From: Candidatus Omnitrophota bacterium
GTDB lineage: Bacteria > Omnitrophota > Gorgyraeia > Zapsychrales > Zapsychraceae
NCBI GenBank assembly: GCA_015233405.1
Contig: JADFXT010000001.1
Coordinates: forward strand, 18,238-82,237
DNA: 64,000 nucleotides
Reading direction: 5' to 3'
Both the position numbers and the translations under genes were made by a program. Position 1 is the stretch's first letter; each line of letters begins with the position of its first letter. The notes beneath the pieces were generated by a model. The model saw nothing but the letters and a program-made list of their open reading frames with translations. It had not been told where the DNA came from and did not search any database. Positions 56,773 to 64,000 of this stretch are shown here, in pieces.

Positions 56773-58271
56773 CCATGCCTAAATTGCGTTATCATATTTT
56801 ATTTATTTTTTTATGGGTGCTGATCGGGATTGTTAATTGTTTAAGGTTCTATAATCTTGAGGATGTCCCAAAAGGGTTTCACGTTGATGAGTTATCGTCG
56901 GCCACGACGATTCAGTGTCTGGCGACAGAAGGCCGAGACGCCCGGGGGAATAAGCCGGACGTTTTTTTAAATCTGGGATATGGCACGCCTAAGCCTCCGA
57001 CGTATATTTATCCGGGAATTCTTTGGACAAAAATATTCGGGTATTCCATCGCGAGCTTTCATGGGTACACGGCCTTTGCCTATACTTTATTTTTGATCGG
57101 TTTGTTTTTTCTCTCCCGTCGGATTTTTCCTCTGTTTATTGACAACAGGCAGGCAACGGCAAACGATTGTTCGAAGGCGTCTCTTTTTGCGGCATTGACA
57201 ACGCTTGCGGCTTCTCTTTCGCCTTGGTCGTGGCCAGTATCTAGGGTTGCTTTTGAATCTATTTTTACCCTGGCATATTTGATATGGGGATTATATTTCT
57301 TTTTTAAGTCCAACCGTACGTTTTCGATGATGATGGCGGGTTTTTTATTATCTTGTGCCATGTATACTTATCCGCCGACGCGCGCGCAGGTTCCGCTCAT
57401 GCTTATTCCGTTAATTTTTTTACGGCATAAACAGTTTTCACTGACGTTTAAAGGGATGGCGGCTTTTTTTTCTGCATTGATGATCACAAGCGTGCCGCTT
57501 GCGCTAAAGATCATATTTGACAAGAGCCTTTTAAACCGTTTTAGGGAGCTCAGTATTTTTTCGAAAACTTTCTTAGAGTCCCAGGGCAAGACGGGCACAT
57601 TCGCGGATATCGTGGGGATTTTTTTGAACGGGTTTAAGCTTCATTTTTCTCCTTATTTTTTATTTGGGAGCGCTAGTCGGCATAGCACCTTGGACATGCT
57701 GAGATGTTTTGGTATTTTAGGATGGCTCGATGTGTTGGGACTTCTTTGTGGACTGGGATGGATTGTCTATCTTTGTTTCCGTTGGAAAAATAAAGAGCAT
57801 TGGCCGGCAGGGCATATCTTTTTTATCGTTTTTTGTGTAGTGAATATCATGATTGGCTTTGTCCCGTCGGCATTAACGGGCACGGACATCCCGAATGTCC
57901 TACGGATTATTGGCGCATTGCCTTTTATGATGCTCTTGACGGGATTCTTTTTGTATAAAACGATATCTGTTTTTTCTCCGATGATGGAAATTTCTAGTGC
58001 TTTGGCGTTGATTTTTGCTATTGTTTTTTTAAGGTCTTATTTTTTGGCCTATCCTAATGAGACACAAGGATTGTTCAGCATCTGGTCAAAAGGGGAAGCT
58101 TTGGCTGCAAAGTCCGAGGACGATTGGGTTCGTTTTTTATGCCGCCACTCTTCGTGTAATTTTCACGCTATTTATTATTTGATGAATTATAAAAAAGGAG
58201 AGACGTGCCAATCAGCGAGGACAAAGTGGGAATTCTTTTACAATTATGCGTTAAAACATAAAGTACAGTAA
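56769..58271 (+). CDS. GT-C fold (ArnT/PMT-like) integral membrane glycosyltransferase
   Basis: ~12 TM; first-loop DE motif FHVDELSSA; partner of the upstream GT2. Confidence 0.55.
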   Translation: MTMPKLRYHILFIFLWVLIGIVNCLRFYNLEDVPKGFHVDELSSATTIQCLATEGRDARGNKPDVFLNLGYGTPKPPTYIYPGILWTKIFGYSIASFHGYTAFAYTLFLIGLFFLSRRIFPLFIDNRQATANDCSKASLFAALTTLAASLSPWSWPVSRVAFESIFTLAYLIWGLYFFFKSNRTFSMMMAGFLLSCAMYTYPPTRAQVPLMLIPLIFLRHKQFSLTFKGMAAFFSALMITSVPLALKIIFDKSLLNRFRELSIFSKTFLESQGKTGTFADIVGIFLNGFKLHFSPYFLFGSASRHSTLDMLRCFGILGWLDVLGLLCGLGWIVYLCFRWKNKEHWPAGHIFFIVFCVVNIMIGFVPSALTGTDIPNVLRIIGALPFMMLLTGFFLYKTISVFSPMMEISSALALIFAIVFLRSYFLAYPNETQGLFSIWSKGEALAAKSEDDWVRFLCRHSSCNFHAIYYLMNYKKGETCQSARTKWEFFYNYALKHKVQ

Positions 58272-58305
58272 ATTTAATTAGGTCGTATATTTTTTAGGGG
58301 GTGCC

Positions 58306-59331
58306 ATGCTATTCGTTGATGAAGCAAGGATTTTTGTTCAAGGGGGAAAAGGCGGCCAGGGGTGCGAAAGCTTTTACATGGATAAACGGATGCGCAATCC
58401 TCGTCCGGACGGCGGTGACGGCGGCAGAGGCGGTAACGTTATTTTTGTGGCGGACAGGGCTTTACGAACTTTATTAGATTTTAAATATAAACAGCATTAC
58501 AAGGCAAAAAGTGGCGGGCACGCGAGTAGCAAAGGTAAAAAAGGAAGGACCGGCGAGGATTGTGTGGTGCATGTGCCTCAGGGGACGATCATCAAAGATT
58601 ATGAAACTGGCCTTCAAATCAAAGATCTGGTCGACGATGGGGAATCCATTGTAATTGCCAAAGGCGGTCGTGGCGGGATAGGAAACGGGGCGACCCGTCG
58701 AGGAGTTATTCTTCATGAAGAAGGGGAACAAAGGACACTTCTTTTAGAACTTAAAATGATTGCCGACGTTGGGCTTGTCGGTTTTCCTAATGCGGGTAAA
58801 TCCACGATCATCACGAATATTTCTAAGGTCCGTTCGCCGATCGCTAATTATCCGTTTACGACCAAACATCCGATCTTGGGAATCGTATTCATCGAGGAAA
58901 ATGCGCATGAAGATTTTTCTTTTGTGGTCGCGGATTTGCCGGGGATCATCGAAGGCGCGCATTTAGGGAAAGGGTTGGGCCATCAATTCTTGCGCCATGC
59001 CGAACGGACAAAGATTTTGGTCCACGTTCTTGATATGGCGGGTACGGAGGGCCGGGATCCTTTAGACGATTATGAAAAATTAAATATCGAACTTGAAAAA
59101 TACAGTGACAAATTTTTATTTAAGCATAAAATTGTAGTAGCCAATAAAATGGATCTTCCCGAGGCTGAGGAGAACCTCAAGCGTTTTAAGAAAAAGTTTG
59201 GGGGAAAAGTTATTCCTGTCTCGGCGGCAGAAAAACAGGGTTTGGATAAACTTGTGAAAACGATCCAGAAGGTTTTAAAGAAAATACATAAGGAAGAGAA
59301 TAATGCTCAGGAAATTTCCAAGGCCGGTTAA
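58306..59331 (+). CDS. obg: GTPase Obg/CgtA
   Basis: Gly-rich Obg fold QGGKGGQG; G1 GFPNAGKST; DLPGIIEGA. Confidence 0.95.
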   Translation: MLFVDEARIFVQGGKGGQGCESFYMDKRMRNPRPDGGDGGRGGNVIFVADRALRTLLDFKYKQHYKAKSGGHASSKGKKGRTGEDCVVHVPQGTIIKDYETGLQIKDLVDDGESIVIAKGGRGGIGNGATRRGVILHEEGEQRTLLLELKMIADVGLVGFPNAGKSTIITNISKVRSPIANYPFTTKHPILGIVFIEENAHEDFSFVVADLPGIIEGAHLGKGLGHQFLRHAERTKILVHVLDMAGTEGRDPLDDYEKLNIELEKYSDKFLFKHKIVVANKMDLPEAEENLKRFKKKFGGKVIPVSAAEKQGLDKLVKTIQKVLKKIHKEENNAQEISKAG

Positions 59332-60385
59332 AAAAATCGTCGTGAAAGTGGGTTCGAGTTTGATCGCCACGTATCAAATGGAGCCGCGCAAAGCTGAACT
59401 GCGTTCGCTCGTCAATCAGATCTGTGCTTTACGAAAAAGAGGAATCCAGGTTGTTCTGGTCAGTTCTGGCGCGATCGTTTTAGGGATGGGCGAGATGGGT
59501 TTAAAGAAGCGCCCGACGGAATTGTCCGCGCTTCAATCGTTAGCGGCGATCGGGCAGACCCTTTTAATGCGCGTTTATATGGATATTTTCAAGAAATGTC
59601 GGGTGACTTGTTCCCAGGTTCTCCTGACATGGGATGATTTTAGCCACCGCGACCGGTTTAACAATATCCGTAACATTTTTAAAGCCATGCTGGAGTGTGG
59701 GGTGGTGCCGGTCGTTAATGAAAATGATACTATCTCGACGGACGAAATCAAATTTGGTGATAATGACAAGCTTTCCGCTCTTGTGGCTAGTTTGATTGAG
59801 GCTGATCTTTTGGTGATCCTTTCAGACGTTGAAGGACTTTATGAAATCAAAGACGGGGAGAAAAAGGTTTTTAGCGAAATCAAGAAGATCACGGAAGACA
59901 TTGAAAAGCTCGCCGGGGGAACGAACAAAAAAGATATGTCCAAGGGCGGCATGGCGACCAAGCTCGACGCGGTCAAAATAGCGACCAAGGCAAAAATCCC
60001 CTGCGTTATCGCTCACGGAGAGGCCAGGGATGTTTTGCTCCGTGTCCATAAAGGAGAGCGATTGGGTACTTTCTTCGTTGAGGAAGAAGAAAAATTGGTC
60101 TCGCGTAAACACTGGATTTCGTTTGGGTCTAAGCCAAAAGGTGTTGTTGTTGTCGACGATGGGGCCAAAGAAGTGCTCCAAAAAGGCGGAAAAAGTTTGC
60201 TTCTTCCGGGGATCGTTTCGTGGGAAGGGCAATTTAAAAAGAATGATGTGGTCGTGGTGGAAGATAAGAAACATGAGGAAATCGCGCGAGGGATGGTAAA
60301 TTATTCGGCGGAAGAATTAGCTAATATCGTCGATAAAAAAGGAAAACCAGAGGCGATTCACTGCGATAATATGGTGGTTCTATAA
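59303..60385 (+). CDS. proB: Glutamate 5-kinase (with PUA domain)
   Basis: IVVKVGSSLI; C-terminal PUA. Confidence 0.9.
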   Translation: MLRKFPRPVKKIVVKVGSSLIATYQMEPRKAELRSLVNQICALRKRGIQVVLVSSGAIVLGMGEMGLKKRPTELSALQSLAAIGQTLLMRVYMDIFKKCRVTCSQVLLTWDDFSHRDRFNNIRNIFKAMLECGVVPVVNENDTISTDEIKFGDNDKLSALVASLIEADLLVILSDVEGLYEIKDGEKKVFSEIKKITEDIEKLAGGTNKKDMSKGGMATKLDAVKIATKAKIPCVIAHGEARDVLLRVHKGERLGTFFVEEEEKLVSRKHWISFGSKPKGVVVVDDGAKEVLQKGGKSLLLPGIVSWEGQFKKNDVVVVEDKKHEEIARGMVNYSAEELANIVDKKGKPEAIHCDNMVVL

Positions 60386-61647
60386 TGATAAAGACATTGG
60401 AAAAACAAATTATGGGTATGGCGAAAGAAGCGAAGGCGGCTTCCCGTCAATTGGCCCTTATCTCGACGGATGAGAAAAATAAAGCGCTTGTCAAAATGGC
60501 TTCGGCGCTTAAAGCCCATTCTCTATATTTAATCCGGGAAAATGAAAAGGACTTGGCCGCCGGAAAGAGGGCTGGCCTTAGTAATGCCTTATTGGATCGT
60601 CTGACGCTTAATGAAAAACGGATTCAGAGTATGATCGATTGCCTTTTAGATACGTCCAAACTTAAAGATCCCATTGGCGTTGTTCTGGAAACTTATAAGC
60701 GTCCGAACGGACTTATTATTAAAAAGGTCAGAGTCCCGATTGGCGTCATTGGAATTATTTATGAATCCCGTCCGAATGTGACGAGCGATTGTATCGGATT
60801 GTGTTTAAAATCCGGTAATGCGGTTTTTTTAAAAGGCGGCAAAGAAGCGCTTTATTCGAACCGAGCGATTTTCTCTGTTTTAAAAAACGCGTTAAAGTCG
60901 ACGAAGATCCCGAGCGAAAGTGTGCAAATGGTTGATTCGACGGACCGCGAAGCACTTCAAATCCTTTTAAAGCTTAATCAATATGTGGATTTGATCGTTC
61001 CTCGTGGCGGCGAAGGCCTTATCCGTTTTGTCGCCGAGAATTCCAGTATTCCTGTCATCAAACATTATAAAGGTGTGTGCCATACCTACGTCAGCGACAA
61101 GGCAGACCTCGCGATGGCCAAGCGGATTTGTTTTAATGCCAAAGTCCAGCGGCCGGGAGTCTGTAATGCCATGGAGACCATGCTGGTCCATGAGAAGGTC
61201 GCCAAGAAGTTCTTACCGACGATGATCGAAGAATTTAAGAAAGCCGGCGTGGAGATTCGTGGCTGTGATAAGACGCGAAATATCGTTAAAGATATTAAGA
61301 AGGCTACGACGCAAGATTGGTACGAAGAATACCTCGACCTGATCCTAGCTGTCAAGGTGGTTAAGAATACCGATGAAGCGATTGGCCATATCAATACTTT
61401 TGGCTCGCAGCATTCGGAAACCATTGTGACCCAAGATAAAAAAGAAGCTGATAAATTTCTTAAAGCGGTTGATTCTGCCTGCCTTTATGTGAATGCGTCT
61501 ACACGGTTTACCGACGGATACGAGTTTGGCTTTGGCGCGGAGGTTGGCATCAGCACGGATAAAATCCATGTCCGCGGGCCCATGGCACTAGACGGGCTTA
61601 CGACGTATAAATATGAAATCTATGGCCAGGGGCAGATAAGACAATGA
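60385..61647 (+). CDS. proA: Gamma-glutamyl phosphate reductase
   Basis: Aldehyde-dehydrogenase-like; catalytic Cys in GVCNAMET; follows proB. Confidence 0.9.
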   Translation: MIKTLEKQIMGMAKEAKAASRQLALISTDEKNKALVKMASALKAHSLYLIRENEKDLAAGKRAGLSNALLDRLTLNEKRIQSMIDCLLDTSKLKDPIGVVLETYKRPNGLIIKKVRVPIGVIGIIYESRPNVTSDCIGLCLKSGNAVFLKGGKEALYSNRAIFSVLKNALKSTKIPSESVQMVDSTDREALQILLKLNQYVDLIVPRGGEGLIRFVAENSSIPVIKHYKGVCHTYVSDKADLAMAKRICFNAKVQRPGVCNAMETMLVHEKVAKKFLPTMIEEFKKAGVEIRGCDKTRNIVKDIKKATTQDWYEEYLDLILAVKVVKNTDEAIGHINTFGSQHSETIVTQDKKEADKFLKAVDSACLYVNASTRFTDGYEFGFGAEVGISTDKIHVRGPMALDGLTTYKYEIYGQGQIRQ

Positions 61648-62225
61648 AGCGCATTGGCATCTTAGGCGGGACGTTTAATCCTGTTCATATCGGCCACTTG
61701 GCAATCGCAGAGTGGGCGTGCGAACAATTGAAGCTCGATAAAGTGATCTTTGTTCCGTCGCATCTTCCGCCGCATAAGACCAGCCGTGGGGTTCTTGATT
61801 CCAAACATCGCTTTGAAATGGTTTTGCAAGCCGTCAAGGATAACCCTTGTTTTGGCGTATCAGATTTTGAAGTCAACAGGGAAGGAAAGTCATATAGTAT
61901 TGATACCGTCGAACATTTTCGTTCGATTTTCCCCAAGGACACAAAATTTTATTTTATTATCGGGGAAGACGCCTTGACAACCCTTTCGGATTGGAAGGAT
62001 ATTGACCGTTTAACCGAATTGGTGGATTTCGTCGCTGTTAATAGGCCAGGGACTCATCATCTGAAATCAAAAGTCCCCGTGAAATTTATTCCTATGCTTG
62101 GGATTGACGTTTCTTCATCCTATGTGCGAAAATGTTTGACGTCGGGAAAAAGCGCTAAATATTTTCTACCGGAGAATGTTATTAAATATATTAAAAAGCA
62201 TCATTTATATACTTCGCGGCCTTAA
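61644..62225 (+). CDS. nadD: Nicotinate-nucleotide adenylyltransferase
   Basis: GILGGTFNPVHIGHL. Confidence 0.9.
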   Translation: MKRIGILGGTFNPVHIGHLAIAEWACEQLKLDKVIFVPSHLPPHKTSRGVLDSKHRFEMVLQAVKDNPCFGVSDFEVNREGKSYSIDTVEHFRSIFPKDTKFYFIIGEDALTTLSDWKDIDRLTELVDFVAVNRPGTHHLKSKVPVKFIPMLGIDVSSSYVRKCLTSGKSAKYFLPENVIKYIKKHHLYTSRP

Positions 62226-62274
62226 ATCGCAGGCAGATGGTTTGGCCGTTTAAGTATCATCAATCAAAGGAGAA

Positions 62275-63696
62275 TTGACCATGACAGACCAGAACACGAG
62301 TGAAATTAAATTTGGGACCGACGGATGGAGAGCGGTTATCTCAGATACGTTTACCTTTAAAAACGTGGCGATTGTAGCGCAGGCCATTGCCGAATGGTTG
62401 AAAAGCGATTTTCCATCGGAACATAAAAAAGTGTCCGTGGCCTATGACACGCGGTTTTTATCGGATAAATATGCTGAGATCGTTGCCTGTGTCCTGGCCA
62501 AAAATGGCATTGAAGTCCTCTTATCCGACCGAGCTGTTCCGACGCCGGCGTTAAGTTATGGAGTGGTCAATACCAAATCGACTTGCGGCGTGATGATCAC
62601 CGCGAGCCATAATCCGGGCGCGTTTAATGGGATTAAAATTAAAAATGGCCAGGGCGGTGGGGCCTCTAAAGACATCACGAATAAAGTGGAATCGTTTTTT
62701 TATAAAACATCCGTCGAGACTATCGCGTTAAAAGACGCCCTCGCGCTTAAAACCATTCAGATGTATGATTTTAAGGCGGCGTATTTAAAGTTCATGAAAA
62801 GTTATGTGGATTTAAAGAAAATTAAAAAAGCAAAATTTAAAGTTGTTCAGGACGTCATGCATGGCAGCGGCGGGCGTATTTTGGAAGAAATATTAAAGGG
62901 AAGCCAGATCCGGTTGTCCTTGATGCGTTCAGAAGTCAATCCTTCGTTTGAAGGCGGCAAGCCGGAACCGATCGTGGAATTTTTAGGCGGCATCTTAAAG
63001 AAAGTCAAAGACGAAAAGTATGATATCGGGTTAGTCTTAGATGGGGATGCGGACCGTATCGCAGCTGTTGCGCCCGGCGGAGAATTCATCAGCCCTCAGA
63101 AAATTTTAGGGCTTATCATTCTTCATTTGGTCCGCAATCGTGGCCGTAAAGGCGGTATTGTTAAGACTACGTGCGGAACTGTGATGCTGGATAATATCGC
63201 GAAGAAGCTTAATCTCAAGCTTTATGAAACACCCGTCGGGTTTAAATATATTTCCGATTTGATGGTGAGCGAACAAATTATCGCCGGCGGAGAAGAGGCC
63301 GGTGGTATTGGCGTCCAAGATTATATTCCGGAACGCGATGGGACGTTAGCTGGATTATTACTTTTGGAAATGATGGTGTATCAGAAAAAAAATATCAAAA
63401 AACTTTTGGATGAAATGGAAAAAGAATTCGGTCGGTATTATTACGAACGAGCAGATCTTCCTTTAGGCGCTGGGAAATATGACCCTGAAAAAGTCAAAGC
63501 GATCCAGACCCTTTTAGGAAAGAAAGTCGTGGAAGTGAAAGATAAGGACGGCGTGAAACTGATTTGTGAAGATGATAGCTGGCTCATGCTTCGTCCGTCG
63601 GGAACTGAGCCTTTGGTCCGTGCTTATTCGGAGGCGAAATCGTTAAAGAAGGCTAAAGACCTTCTTAAGATCGGCGAGAATCTGCTTAAGGTATAA
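62275..63696 (+). CDS. Alpha-D-phosphohexomutase (phosphomannomutase/phosphoglucomutase family)
   Basis: Active-site TASHNPGAFNGIKI; GLVLDGDADR metal loop. Confidence 0.8.
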   Translation: MTMTDQNTSEIKFGTDGWRAVISDTFTFKNVAIVAQAIAEWLKSDFPSEHKKVSVAYDTRFLSDKYAEIVACVLAKNGIEVLLSDRAVPTPALSYGVVNTKSTCGVMITASHNPGAFNGIKIKNGQGGGASKDITNKVESFFYKTSVETIALKDALALKTIQMYDFKAAYLKFMKSYVDLKKIKKAKFKVVQDVMHGSGGRILEEILKGSQIRLSLMRSEVNPSFEGGKPEPIVEFLGGILKKVKDEKYDIGLVLDGDADRIAAVAPGGEFISPQKILGLIILHLVRNRGRKGGIVKTTCGTVMLDNIAKKLNLKLYETPVGFKYISDLMVSEQIIAGGEEAGGIGVQDYIPERDGTLAGLLLLEMMVYQKKNIKKLLDEMEKEFGRYYYERADLPLGAGKYDPEKVKAIQTLLGKKVVEVKDKDGVKLICEDDSWLMLRPSGTEPLVRAYSEAKSLKKAKDLLKIGENLLKV

Positions 63697-63700
63697 TTTT

Positions 63701-64000
63701 ATGGTTTATTGGATTGTTTGGTCGCTTCTTAAAATGGTAAGGCCTTTTTGTTTTCCGTTAAAAATTTACGGGAAAGAAAATATTCCGCAAAAGGGCGCAT
63801 TTATTCTTGCAAGTAATCACCGAAGTTACCTTGACCCGCCTTTGGTGTCGATCTGCCATACATGGCGCATTAGTTTTGTGGCCCGGGATTCCCTTTTTAA
63901 AGGTTTTGCCGGGTGGCTTTTCCCGAAGCTCGAGGCTTTCCCTATAAAAAGGCAGTCCGCGGACGTCGGGGCCATTAAAGAGGCGTTAAACCGCCTGGAG
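63701..64000 (+). CDS. plsC: 1-acyl-sn-glycerol-3-phosphate acyltransferase (3' partial, runs off window)
   Basis: NHRSYLDP (HxxxxD) acyltransferase motif; ATG at 63701; not in ORF track because no stop lies in the window. Confidence 0.7.
   Translation, partial: MVYWIVWSLLKMVRPFCFPLKIYGKENIPQKGAFILASNHRSYLDPPLVSICHTWRISFVARDSLFKGFAGWLFPKLEAFPIKRQSADVGAIKEALNRLE

Overview
This is a bacterial chromosomal window of moderate GC in which every credible CDS (about 55) lies on the + strand. The taxon cannot be assigned from sequence alone; the many large secreted proteins and type IV pilus genes are compatible with an uncultivated lineage. Housekeeping genes include yggS, proC, mtnP, ileS, a dksA/traR-like gene, lspA, lgt, rluD, aroA, mreBCD-mrdA-rodA, rng, rplU, obg, proBA, nadD, a phosphohexomutase and plsC. 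Between them sit two type IV pilus / T2SS-like gene sets (20.0-29.2 kb and 36.0-54.1 kb). Together these carry three long-form PilB/GspE ATPases with MshEN-type N-domains, two stand-alone MshEN-domain proteins, two PilC/GspF, at least ten prepilin-type pilins or pseudopilins, three large GspK/PilX-like proteins, and PilMNOPQ with a secretin. The first 24 kb has at least seven copies of a two-hairpin MITE/REP-like repeat (termini TGTCATCCCC / GGGAATGACA). Two paralogous large secreted proteins (1232 and 1616 aa) each carry a GC-rich palindromic insertion in frame at the same position. A canonical c-di-GMP-I (GEMM) riboswitch with a terminator expression platform lies between a hybrid histidine kinase and the first large secreted protein. 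A second, variant GEMM-like element sits upstream of a pilin gene. Taken together with the riboswitch, the MshEN domains suggest the locus is regulated by c-di-GMP. No tRNA, rRNA or CRISPR was recognised.
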